Source of the DNA: Epithemia pelagica
Taxonomy: Eukaryota; Protista; Bacillariophyta
Assembly: GCA_946965045.2 (NCBI GenBank)
Contig: OX337239.1
Coordinates: 3,224,001 to 3,288,000, forward strand
Length of the DNA: 64,000 nucleotides
Direction of reading: 5' to 3'
Made by a program: the position numbers and the translations under genes
Shown: piece by piece, positions 34,291 through 44,729 of the stretch
Position numbering within the stretch: position 1 is the stretch's first letter
Layout of the letters: every line of letters begins with the position of its first letter
The notes under the pieces: generated by a model
Seen by the model: only the letters and a program-made list of their open reading frames with translations
Told to the model about the DNA's origin: nothing
Database searches by the model: none

Positions 34291-35490
34291 ATGACCACAA
34301 CACTGAAAGAACAAGCATGGCAGTCGAGCCTTGTCTTATCGGACGACAAAGCAGAATGGAATGAGAACGATTGGCCTTCTCTCGAGGGTGGATGGCGTGA
34401 CGAACATGCTACGGTCGTACTTGATCACCCCGATGAAGACGACAATAACAAGAACAACGGACAAACTGTAGTCGTGCTGGGCGGATATCAACAAGACCAA
34501 GGTACCATAGATTCCGTTCTGTTATTAAATCTGGCAGATCCAGTCAAGCAGTGGCGAGAAGGGCCATCCATGAACAAGGCACGTTATGGACATGCTGCTC
34601 TTGCGTGCAATGGAGGGGTCTACGTGATGGGAGGATACAATGGAGCATACTTGGCTTGTATGGAACGAATTGATGCCAATGATTTACTGCAATCATGGTT
34701 AACATCAAGCACAACACATGCGAGTAATTGGACGAGATTAAGCTGTCGATTATCAACGGGACGAAAGGGATGTTGTGCTTTTGCGGTTCAAAACCGGTAC
34801 ATCGTTGTAATGGGTGGATGCAACGGTCATTATTTGTCGTCGGTGGATATTATTGATACAAGGAACCACACTGTTACTGAGGGACCAAGCATGACTATTC
34901 CTCGATCATTTTGTGCCTGTGCGGTCATTGGCCACCGCATCTTTGTCGTTGGAGGCCGAAACGGTGACAACGAACTTGATTCGGTGGAGTATTTGGGCTT
35001 TGCAGAGGAAAGAAAAGACGACTCTTTGTCTACAATCATTTCCTTCTCGTCCGCTTGGACCACTCACTCTGAATTGGTGCTTTCCAACCCTCGAGCTTAT
35101 TGTGCAATGGTTGCCGTGGGATCTTGTCTGGTGGTGGTGGGAGGATGGGTCGATTCAACCGTGGAAGTCTTGGATACGAACCGTAACCGCGTGTGGAATC
35201 TCCCACCATTCGTGGTTTACCGCAGTAGTTGCAGTATGGTGACTGTTGCCAATCAAATTGCCGTGTTTGGTGGATCTCAGAACCCTACCTGTGCCACAGT
35301 TTTACTACTGGACAAGCATACTTGGTGTTTTCGTCGACTTTGTGAGCAGCAATCGAACGGGTGGTATCATTCTCTTGAAGGTATAGGTATCCGAGATGCT
35401 GATATCTCACCCTTCTTGACATTGGCATCAGCACGTAAACGCGCAAGGTCCAATACTCAAAGTGGTGGTGAAGGGGCGGATGAAGCCTAG
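34291..35490 (+). CDS. Kelch-repeat protein K7
   Basis: ATG 34291; six blades; tail ARKRARSN. Confidence 0.92.
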   Translation: MTTTLKEQAWQSSLVLSDDKAEWNENDWPSLEGGWRDEHATVVLDHPDEDDNNKNNGQTVVVLGGYQQDQGTIDSVLLLNLADPVKQWREGPSMNKARYGHAALACNGGVYVMGGYNGAYLACMERIDANDLLQSWLTSSTTHASNWTRLSCRLSTGRKGCCAFAVQNRYIVVMGGCNGHYLSSVDIIDTRNHTVTEGPSMTIPRSFCACAVIGHRIFVVGGRNGDNELDSVEYLGFAEERKDDSLSTIISFSSAWTTHSELVLSNPRAYCAMVAVGSCLVVVGGWVDSTVEVLDTNRNRVWNLPPFVVYRSSCSMVTVANQIAVFGGSQNPTCATVLLLDKHTWCFRRLCEQQSNGWYHSLEGIGIRDADISPFLTLASARKRARSNTQSGGEGADEA

Positions 35491-36074
35491 CCGTTTATTT
35501 CTCGAGTGGTTGACTTTTTTTCTACATTCGATTGCAATACTAGAACCTAGTAGGTAGTTACTCAAAAGTAGAAAGAACATGTTTCAAGATAGAAGGTGCT
35601 TGCTTGATGTCAAAGATGTGGAAAGAACGACCAATTTTTTTGTCTTTACAAGTGGTAGTGCCACCACCGTGCTTGTGCGGTCGTGAGACTAGAATCTGGG
35701 GCTTTGTGGTGGCATCATGGCACTTTGTAGGACACAGAGTCACCGTCCATGGATCGGTAGGTATATGGCAGGGACACCGAAATCCGACAGTAGTGAATTC
35801 CAGAAAGGGAGAGTTTCGCATCGATGTCGTAGCCAAGGTCAATACGGTTTGTCGCCATTTTGTTTCCACTACGATTGAGCAGTGAAGAGTACTTTTAGTG
35901 TTCGTGACCGGGCGAATTCAGGCATGTATTTTTGACATTGTGGTTGCCGTGTCTGTCAAGGGTGTTCCATCCTGTCTTTCTTGGCTTGGGATGCTCTAGC
36001 TACGACACAATTTTGCTGTGGACCACGACCATTGGTGGATCATTTGTTACCATCCAAACAATACTTGAAGAACA

Positions 36075-37705
36075 CCGAGGGAGAGTCTCCGCAGTAATTG
36101 GTTGTGATATTGGTGGACTTCTTGTCTGGTTTGAGTAAAGAAGCATGTGAAGTCCTGGCGGTTCTTGCCGCATCGGCTTGTTCCTCTTGTGGTTGGTTCC
36201 TCCTCGTTGGAGCGACAAATCACTCGACGCGGGAAAGGTAGTGGTGGTGCTACTGTGTCAGTCGTTTCAGTCTGGGGTGCTGGTGAACTGTGTGTTCCAA
36301 AATAACCAACTTGTCGTGGTTGTCGTTCTTTGGTCCACACCAATTGCCGATGATCGATCGAAACCAATCATTCAGTACTATAGGATATTGCGAGAAGGAG
36401 GACAAAACGGGATGCCTGTTGTGCATCCGACGATTGTTATTGTTGTTGTTGTTTCGGTCCTGTTGGTGGATCGGGAATCATGATTTTTCTTTTCTTGTCA
36501 TGCTCCTTGATGAAAGGACAGGATGGTTGTTCTTGCTGTTGTTGTTTGGGTGTAATTGGTTGTTCTTGTTGTTTGTTCTCGTCATCATATCGTAGTACAA
36601 TCAACTGGCTGCATTGTCTTTGCTCTTTTCCTCCACGAACCACATCTGCTCGTGCTCCATGTTTTGGCTTGGTTCATGGTCGTGGTCGATGAATCCGACA
36701 AAAGGACGAAAAGGAGGAGTAACAGCACGACTGGCGAAACCTTGCGGACCCTGTAGTCCGCTTCTCTGATAGTTCTTTTTGGAAATCGAGCATGGTTGGT
36801 TGCTGCTTCTCTACATTCCTCGTCGTCATGTGAAGAACGAATCATTGTTGATCGAGCAAAGACGGAATGGAACTGTCGTTGAGAAGCAAGGGGAAGGAAC
36901 CAGTCTCTCGACTGGACCGAGGAAGAGTCTCCGCAGTAATCGGTTGTGATATTGGTGGACTTCTTGTCTGGTTTGAGTAAAGAAGCATGTGAAGTCCTGG
37001 CGGTTCTTGTCGCATCGGCTTGTTCCTCTTGTGGTTGGTTCCTCATTGTTGGAGCGACAAATCACTCGACGCGGTAAAGGTAGTCTGATTTCAGTCTGGG
37101 GTGCTGGTGAACTGTGTGTTCCAAAATAACCAACTTGTCGTGGTTGTCGTTCTTTGGTCCACACCAATTGCCGATGATCGATCGAAACCAATCATTCACT
37201 ACTATTGGATATTGCGAGAAGGAGAACAAAACGGGATGCCTGTTGTGCATCCGACGATTGTTATTATTGTTGTTGTTTCGGTCCTGTTGGTGGATCGGGA
37301 ATCATGATTTTTCTTTTCTTGTAGTGCTCCTTGATGAAAGAGCAGGATGGTGTAATTGGTTGTTGTTGTTGTTGTATGTTGTCGTCATCATATCGTAGTA
37401 CAATCAAGTGACTGCATTGCCTTTGCTCATTTCCTCCACGAACCATGAGTTTCGACATCTGGTAGTGCTCCATGTTTTGGCTTGGTTCATGGTCGTGGTC
37501 AACGGAGGAGTAAAAGCACGAATGGCGAAACCTTGCGGACCCTGTAGTCCGCTTCTCTGCTGGTTCTTTTTTGGAAATCGAGCATGCTTGGTTGCTGCTT
37601 CTCTACATTCCTCGTCGTCATGTGAAGTACGAATCATTGTTGATCGAGCAAAGACGGAATGGAACTGTCGTTGAGAAGCGAGGGGAAGCAACCAGTCTCT
37701 CGACT
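36075..37705. repeat. Local tandem duplication (~790-840 bp, two copies) of the gene X N-terminal relic
   Basis: AGTCTCCGCAGTAAT at 36084 and 36926; GGCGAAACCTTGCGGACC at 36733 and 37524. Confidence 0.88.
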
Positions 37706-38477
37706 GGCACTACCAGGTCGACAGTTGTTCAATGGAACTTGTCGTCTGTACCCTATTCTCGCCTTTGTGGAGGATCGGGAAGTAACACTGCTTGGACCGT
37801 CAATCTTGCTCCTCCGTTCGTCCGAGCTACTATCTTCATTTTTGTCAGTGTCCTTCTCTTCGTCCTGTTTGCCGTGTTCTGACTGGCTAGCATGTATGAT
37901 GGTACTGCATCGTTTGTTTTGGAGGATCTGATGTCTAGGTAGTCATTCCAGATCTGAGTTCTGCAATGGGAACCGCCAATTTGCTCATTCCTGAGAATTT
38001 GCGATTCTTGTGGCCGTCTTGTCCTATGAGTTCAGTCACTCTATCTTGTCAATGAACGGTCTTCTCTTCAGGCTCGATACAAACATATACTCTTGTTTGT
38101 GCTGTAACTGCCTTGTCTCCTCGAATGCAGGCGTCTGCTGCTGTTGCAACAAGGAAAGCGAGTCAAAATGGGATACATGACATGTTCCTTCTGGTCCATC
38201 TTGTCGTCAGATTCTCGTTTTGGCGTAGTTGTGCATGTGGCCTTGGCTCCGTCACAAAGCAATGCCCATTCGAATCATTGGATCAAGAAGTCAAGAAGAC
38301 CACTCTCTGTTGTTGTTGTTGTTGTTGTCATTGTGAACAGTCCGCAGGACCACGGGAATAATGGCGCTCCATAAAAGGCTTTGGACGAGAGATGACTTGG
38401 AAACTAGGGATATCGACCCAGTGGATGTTGGATTGGCTATCTGTGGACCTCGCTCTTCATCATACGAGAACCCTCTC

Positions 38478-38720
38478 TGTTGAAACTCAAACAAGCCGTG
38501 CCGTAAAAGCAACTCTTTATAGGCTTATCGAACTACGTAATCTCCTTAGAATGAACACTTGCTTGTTCATCTTGCCTAATGTTGCTTTTGCCACGTCGAC
38601 GGACTAAAGTCCATGCTTCGGCATCTTCATCATTCAAGTTTGGATCCTTTGCTTCCGAATCACTCTCTTTAGTCGCGGCTTGTTCGCTGCTACTCGTCGC
38701 CCGGTCACATATCCTCAACA
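38478..38720 (-). repeat. Copia 3' LTR (243 bp)
   Basis: Identical to 44311-44538 except for an extra 15 bp (ATTCAAGTTTGGATC). Confidence 0.96.
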
Positions 38721-40282
38721 CACTCCTTTGGGCCGAGGAGTGATACTTACTACTCGGGACCACATTCATGATGATATCCCGCAGGCGATAAAAAGCTTGA
38801 CCCTGCAACGGTTTTGTAAAGAAATCAGCGATCATCTCATCAGTCGGACAGAAACGCACACTCACGTCCTTTCGGCGAATACAATCTGTGATATAGAAAT
38901 ATCGTAGATTGATGTGTTTGGTTCTCTTTGAGCTCGATAACCGACCGTTTCTTTCCAGTAGGATACTGCTCTGATTGTCCTGGTGCAGGACAACGTTCTT
39001 TACTTCATGTCCTTGGGCTCTCAGAAAGTTCTGGCTCCATAACATTGACGGTAACACGTCGTGCACGCCTATCAACTCACATTCGGTTGAACTTCGCGCC
39101 ACAAGTTTTTGTTTTGATGAGGCCGTCATGACGGCACCCTTGCCCATAGTCATTACTCCGCCGGTCTGTCCTTTCATGTCTGAGTGAGTAGCGAAGGAGG
39201 CATCCACCCACCAACAGAGTGTTCCAGATCCATCACCCTCTAGTCGTAGGATCAGATCCTTGGTTGATTGTAGGTACTTGAGAACCCGACCGAGCTTTCT
39301 CTGATCATCAACGTCTGGATTCATGACACGAGTGCTAAAAAAGGCCACAGCAGTGCGTATATCTGGCCGTCCTCTTTGCGCCATGTACGCTAACTGCATT
39401 GTTACACTATGGAATCGATCTGCCTCCTCCTCATTGAGTTTTTGAGCGTTCGGGTCCGTATGATATAGATGCTTAGCAGCGGGTGACCGTGCTTTACCGA
39501 TCCATTCTTTTGGTAGCGAGATCAAAATGGTGTCCAGGTAGGATCTCATGTCCACCTGCACAACCCCATCCTCTCCATAGTCTAAGAACATGCCCAAATA
39601 GTCGTGCCTTGTTCCTTCCGACACGGAGATTTCTCCCAACTGTCCAAACTCTGCTTTGAGTTCGCCCTTCTCATATGTTAGATAAGGGGCATATGCTTCA
39701 TAATCGACTTCTAGGAGTAGCTCAGCCATTAGTCCAGTAAGCCGCATATACACGCCAGGATCCATGTCCGAGTGCATAAACGCACCTGGGATGTCTGCCA
39801 CAGCAACCACACGTCGTTCCAGGGCATCAATGACGGCAGTGATGAATACAGAATCGGTGGCCACGGTAGGAGAAGCTGAATCTTCCTTGTCTATGTACGC
39901 ACGTTGTTTGCGCCCGTCGGCACAGCCTCGTCCTTTTATCTTGCCACACCGTTTTCGTTTCAAAAACATTAGGTAACCTAGTGCTTGTTGCACCTCATTC
40001 CAGCTGAGGTCAGTTTTGTGTACTGCCCTCAATACTCCTCTATCATGCAATTGTTGGATTTCCACCTTCACGGCGGCCACTCCCTTGTTTCCAAACAGTT
40101 TGATGCCCTTCTTCATAGGCATCTGCGGTGTGGCTTGATTCACCTCACTCGCTACAAGAAACAACACTCCATCTCGAAGGATTCCATCATAGCGCCCTCC
40201 TTTTAGAGTATCGATGCAGGCAAACGAGTGCCCGTATCGGTGCGCGTAGCTCCTTTCACGGTTTGGCCGTAGATTGTATCTG

Positions 40283-40352
<70 letters not shown>

Positions 40353-40422
40353 GACGTACCGGATCAGCCTCGCTGTTATCGTCGGTACCTTCATTAGCGT
40401 CAATGTCTTGTCCCTCTTCCAT
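38533..40422 (-). pseudogene. Copia RT-RNase H segment with an in-frame deletion of the RT catalytic core; out of frame with gag-PR-IN
   Basis: KGRGCADGRKQR, SPTV, DIPGAF, DYLGM and RNase H (VDASF, SSTECEL, QDNQS, KHINLRY, ADFFTKPL) are present. The LxKALYG and (Y/H)VDD motifs are missing at the EKGE|LKAEFG junction (~39660). Confidence 0.88.
40285..40353 (-). repeat. (CAA)23 encoding Q23 in the IN-RT linker
   Basis: 23 TTG units on the + strand, in frame with the RT ORF. Confidence 0.93.
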
Positions 40423-40436
40423 CTCCTCTCCACCGG

Positions 40437-43400
40437 CTAGCTCCCCCCCCCATTCTCCTCTACATCCTCCTCCACATCCATCACTGCCTCCTCCGGGACT
40501 GCACCAACATCATCTTCTGCCATAGGATGGATTGGCAGTTCTCCATCTGCCTCCACTCCTTCAATTTCCGGACCGTTCAGCTCGTCAAGTTCTCCGGCTA
40601 GTGGGTCACCCACTCCTTGAATTTCCATGTGTTGATCATCGGGACCAATCATTGGGTTGATTGCAGGTTCGCCGTCATCTTCTTCAGGATCAACATAGTC
40701 GGGGTTGTTAACGGCATCCACCAGCTCATCTTCGATCATCTCATCATCATAGCGTAGCTCGATGTCCTCCTCTTCTTCATTGATGTAGGATTCATCGTCT
40801 TCTTCGTTGTAAAGGTCGTTGTCTTGATCCATCCACAAAATCCGATTATCTCTATTACCGAAAGCTAACCCTGGTTGCATGTTTTGGGCTCTAGCCAATT
40901 GGTGCACACGTTGGATCACTTCTTGGGGCATCGGTAGGGCTGTGGCGTGATTCCGTGTTATGACTCGCCCGCTGACAAGACTCAAAAAATAATAACTACC
41001 CTGACGATTCCCAGTAGGCCTCAATGCTAGAGCACCTATGGTCCTGGGCGCCATCGAGTTGTCATGTTCTTCATGACATTGGACATACTGTCCAAATTCG
41101 AAGCGACAGTGCTTGTTGAAGTCCACCTGTTCTCCCGTGACGAGCAGTCGTGGGCTTTCTGATTGTGAAATCCCCAACCGATGAGGGAAACTATTTAGCC
41201 AGAATGTAGCGAATTTGGCCATCTCAATGATCATGACCTTCGGGATTTCTTTGAATGGTAGGGTGTTATAAACACATCTCATTCTTTCTTTTACTGTACG
41301 TATGTACCTTTCAATGTCTCCCACATGTTCATCTCTTGCGGTAGGATTTAACAATACACCGATCAATTGCAACTCTGTCTTCATTTTTTCGGAACAGAAG
41401 GCTCCGTCAGCGAGTAACATCCGCGGGCGCATACCACCTCTGCGGTAGATTGCAACCACTTTGCGCAACGAGTTCATGACATCATCGTCAGTGGTATTGG
41501 CCATTGCTTCCATGGTCCCAAAATGCAACTTCCTTGACGTCGTTGCGAGGAAAGGAATGTTGTTGACGTGGAGAATATCAACAGTGAGTGTCACGTCCTT
41601 GTGTTCTTCTTTGATTCGTGGTGGCACGGTCTGTGACGAGTCAACCACAGGCGATTTACGACGAGTTGTCTTGCCTTTGAGACTTCCAAGGTCTGGCCCG
41701 TATATTTTCTCGGCCCTCTTGACGTCGTCCACAGTGATCGTTGTGTTCGGCAACAGATTGTTTCGTATGATGTGTACGAAATCACGTGTGGATGGACGAC
41801 CTATCTTGGCCATTAATGATCGTGCCAGTCTAGCTCTATAGACTTCGTCTTGAGAATAAGCAGATTCATTATCATTAACCGTAGTGATGAAACTACTCTG
41901 CATTCTTGACGTATCCATATAGAACAAACCGTCTTGACTTGGCAGGAATTGATGTTTGAGTCGCCCTGAAGATCGGTCGAAGAGATTGAATGTGTTGCCG
42001 TTCTCGCTGTCATACTTGATTGAGAACCTTGTGCGTGCGTTATTGAGTGATATGATGTTGGCCGGCCCTTCCGGGTCATGCCAGACGATGCCATATCCGG
42101 GGAGTAGGCCTTGTTTGGAGATCTGACGTCGCCCAGCGTGACTTTGGATCATGATTGGGCGCTCGGCTGTGTGAATGTTCTTGAGGAGGGTGGAGTCTCG
42201 GATAATGTCTACAGTCGATTGGTTGTCGAGGAGTAGCCATTCTGGGGATATGCTAGCCTGTGAAGAAGAAGCAGAAAACGAATATTGAAGTGAGTCACGA
42301 TGAGCATCCTGAAGGCCGGTTGATTCATTGGTCTCATTCCATTCACCATTATTGTTGGTTTGTGTTTGATTTGATTCATGGCCTCGTGATTGTCCGCTGC
42401 CTGTGCTCGCTAGTTCTCTTCCTCGGCTATTGTTGCCACTCCCATTGCGACTCTGAGTTTGTCGTGAGTTTGTTGTCATGTGGCTATTACCAGTCAATGT
42501 GGACGCCGCTTGGCTTTCATTGCTGTTGTCCAACTCTTGTGTATGGTATGCCATGCCAGTGGCATTCTCAGTCGGGGTCTGTTGGTTTTGGTTCGATTGC
42601 TTCTGTTTACCTGTCATGCGGTTATCAAGAATTGCCCTTGCATCCGCCAGGGTGGCCGGATACACATCCTTGTGGCCGTCCAAAAACATGTTTTGCAAAT
42701 GGGCCTCATATTCTCGATGGCCACATGTTCGGATGAATCGGATCGCAACACATCTCTCTTGTGCTTCTTCTCGATCGATGTCTGAAGGAGGGTCCCTTCC
42801 GTTTTTCTTGGCTATCATATCCACGAGATCTTTGTCATACAACACCACACCCACCTCATTGAGCACTTTAACCTTTGCCCTAAACACTTCATAGTAGCTG
42901 TGTAGGGTTTGATTGTTTCTGCGCTTCAAACCATAAAATTCTTCTTTCAACTTGTCACGACCGACTAGCTTATAGATCCGGCCAGAATCAAACGTGAAGG
43001 TGGTTTGCTTGATCAACTTGAGTAACGCTACACCGTCCCTTTCATCGTTGATCGCTTCATATTCTGGTTTGGCTTGCAACTTGTCCTTCATGAGGGGCGT
43101 GCATTGCCCGAGAATGACACTGAACAAGGAAGCGCGAAAGTTGCGATACGCCTTCACTTGATCCTTTCTCGCTTTGTACTCCATTTTCCATTCTTCCATC
43201 TGAATGGGATCCGTGGGATCATCTGGAACCTTTGCCTTGTCTGGATCTTTAAGTTCCAATTTCTCCAGTGCCTTTTGATACTCTAGGTTGTAGTAGTCGA
43301 ATGATGTCCCCACGTATCCCACTAACAACTCAACGTTGCGTAGGTAACGTTTCGACTGGGGATCTTCACTATAATCAAACACGCAATCTTTCAGCGATGG

Positions 43401-43556
43401 TTCTTGGCCCTGAAAGCGAGTGTTTGATTGTTGGCCTTGGTTTTTGCCACGACCTCCTCGTCCTCTGCCTCCGTTGGGTCGACCACCCGTTTGATTGCCT
43501 CGTCCGCCGTTTGATTCCTGTCCATCCGGCCGCGGACCGTTCCCACCAGTCAACAT
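40437..43556 (-). CDS. Copia Gag-protease-integrase, 1039 aa
   Basis: Gag FQGQEPSLKDCVFDY; protease WLLLDNQSTVDI; integrase VDILHV, LADGAF, GDIERYIRTVKER; C-terminal PRTIGALAL. Confidence 0.9.
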   Translation of the reverse strand: MLTGGNGPRPDGQESNGGRGNQTGGRPNGGRGRGGRGKNQGQQSNTRFQGQEPSLKDCVFDYSEDPQSKRYLRNVELLVGYVGTSFDYYNLEYQKALEKLELKDPDKAKVPDDPTDPIQMEEWKMEYKARKDQVKAYRNFRASLFSVILGQCTPLMKDKLQAKPEYEAINDERDGVALLKLIKQTTFTFDSGRIYKLVGRDKLKEEFYGLKRRNNQTLHSYYEVFRAKVKVLNEVGVVLYDKDLVDMIAKKNGRDPPSDIDREEAQERCVAIRFIRTCGHREYEAHLQNMFLDGHKDVYPATLADARAILDNRMTGKQKQSNQNQQTPTENATGMAYHTQELDNSNESQAASTLTGNSHMTTNSRQTQSRNGSGNNSRGRELASTGSGQSRGHESNQTQTNNNGEWNETNESTGLQDAHRDSLQYSFSASSSQASISPEWLLLDNQSTVDIIRDSTLLKNIHTAERPIMIQSHAGRRQISKQGLLPGYGIVWHDPEGPANIISLNNARTRFSIKYDSENGNTFNLFDRSSGRLKHQFLPSQDGLFYMDTSRMQSSFITTVNDNESAYSQDEVYRARLARSLMAKIGRPSTRDFVHIIRNNLLPNTTITVDDVKRAEKIYGPDLGSLKGKTTRRKSPVVDSSQTVPPRIKEEHKDVTLTVDILHVNNIPFLATTSRKLHFGTMEAMANTTDDDVMNSLRKVVAIYRRGGMRPRMLLADGAFCSEKMKTELQLIGVLLNPTARDEHVGDIERYIRTVKERMRCVYNTLPFKEIPKVMIIEMAKFATFWLNSFPHRLGISQSESPRLLVTGEQVDFNKHCRFEFGQYVQCHEEHDNSMAPRTIGALALRPTGNRQGSYYFLSLVSGRVITRNHATALPMPQEVIQRVHQLARAQNMQPGLAFGNRDNRILWMDQDNDLYNEEDDESYINEEEEDIELRYDDEMIEDELVDAVNNPDYVDPEEDDGEPAINPMIGPDDQHMEIQGVGDPLAGELDELNGPEIEGVEADGELPIHPMAEDDVGAVPEEAVMDVEEDVEENGGGS

Positions 43557-43557
43557 C

Positions 43558-44250
43558 TTATTCGATTACAGCTAGACTGTCTCGGTGTCGACGATGTTCT
43601 TCGTGTTTGCCGGTAGATGGATTCCAAATGCGAAGGAAGTGGTAGAAACTACCGTGTCGCGACATGACTCCTTCAAGATAAGTAGTGGAGGTTTGATTCT
43701 TCAACTTGAGGGGATTGAGTACCCACACTCTGGTTCCAATTGGGATCCACCTTATGGGGCTGTTTCTTTGCGATGCGATTGAAGGAGGCTGTGGGACTTG
43801 CACTGGATGACTTGTACCACTGGCTTGAGGTTGAGGCGTACTGTTTTGAGATCTTGATCGTTGCTTTGCCTGTCCAGTTGTCTGTTTTACCTCTGGTTCG
43901 GGCGTCGATTGCCTTGATGGTTGCGGTGGATCCGGTGTAGCTGACCGGGGTTCTGGGACAGGTGTGTTGTTGTCAAGGGATTGAATTTCTCTTAACAAGT
44001 TGTCACGTTTTGCCTGAGCTTTTTCAAACACAAGTTGCTTCCGAATCTCACACTCGTCGTACGCGTTATCACGATCCGTTTCTCGTTGACGCTCAAGAGC
44101 CGCCACCGTTTGACGGTGTTGAGCTTCTCTTCTTCGGTATTCTTGTTGAAAGCGCTCTTCAATTGCGTGTACTTCTTCTTGTTCCTCGAGAGTCAGCTGA
44201 GCCAATTGAGCCAATATATCTTGCCAACGAGCTTCAAGTCTATCGCTCAT
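43558..44250 (-). CDS. Extra copia ORF upstream of gag, 230 aa: coiled coil, P/S/Q linker, SH3/KOW-like C-terminus
   Basis: Uninterrupted ORF inside the LTRs; its TAA is one base from the gag ATG (TAAGATG). The fold call comes from the residue pattern only. Confidence 0.7.
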   Translation of the reverse strand: MSDRLEARWQDILAQLAQLTLEEQEEVHAIEERFQQEYRRREAQHRQTVAALERQRETDRDNAYDECEIRKQLVFEKAQAKRDNLLREIQSLDNNTPVPEPRSATPDPPQPSRQSTPEPEVKQTTGQAKQRSRSQNSTPQPQASGTSHPVQVPQPPSIASQRNSPIRWIPIGTRVWVLNPLKLKNQTSTTYLEGVMSRHGSFYHFLRIWNPSTGKHEEHRRHRDSLAVIE

Positions 44251-44296
44251 ATAGCGTAGTTCCCTTCACAGTCTGTGATGAGATATAATGCTTTAT

Positions 44297-44310
44297 TTCT
44301 AAGGAGATTA
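44297..44310 (-). promoter_or_regulatory. Primer-binding site TAATCTCCTTAGAA, complementary to LTR-internal 44371-44384 (self-priming type)
   Basis: Abuts the 5' LTR with no spacer; 14/14 complement inside the LTR; lacks the TGG start of a tRNA-3'-end PBS. Confidence 0.8.
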
Positions 44311-44538
44311 TGTTGAAACTCAAACAAGCCGTGCCGTAAAAGCAACTCTTTATAGGCTTATCGAACTACGTAATCTCCTTAGAATGAACACTTGCTTGTT
44401 CATCTTGCCTAATGTTGCTTTTGCCACGTCGACGGACTAAAGTCCATGCTTCGGCATCTTCATCCTTTGCTTCCGAATCACTCTCTTTAGTCGCGGCTTG
44501 TTCGCTGCTACTCGTCGCCCGGTCACATATCCTCAACA
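44311..44538 (-). repeat. Copia 5' LTR (228 bp)
   Basis: See 3' LTR; TSD CTCTC follows on the + strand. Confidence 0.96.
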
Positions 44539-44729
44539 CTCTCCCTCCTAAAACACAGCACAAGGTATACTTCTTCGGGCAGCAAAAGATACTTCTTGGG
44601 ACTTGTCATGTAATCTATGTGCGATTGACTTCCATTCACTATCGTACGCATGACAGGCATGGCTCCACGCTCCAGGCAAAAAAAAGCCCTCGCTCCGAAA
44701 AGCTCCTACCAAAAGAGCGCCCCGTGACC

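Larger units (their letters stand above)
38478..44538 (-). mobile_element. Ty1/copia LTR retrotransposon (diatom CoDi-like), full length but RT-defective
   Basis: LTRs 38478-38720 and 44311-44538 (TGTTGA...TCAACA); CTCTC TSD at 38473-77 and 44539-43; order gag-PR-IN-RT-RH; empty paralogous site at ~60230-60300. Confidence 0.96.

Noticed and set aside
40128-40433. Poly-Val and poly-Asn ORFs
   Set aside because: Alternate readings of the (CAA)23 microsatellite.
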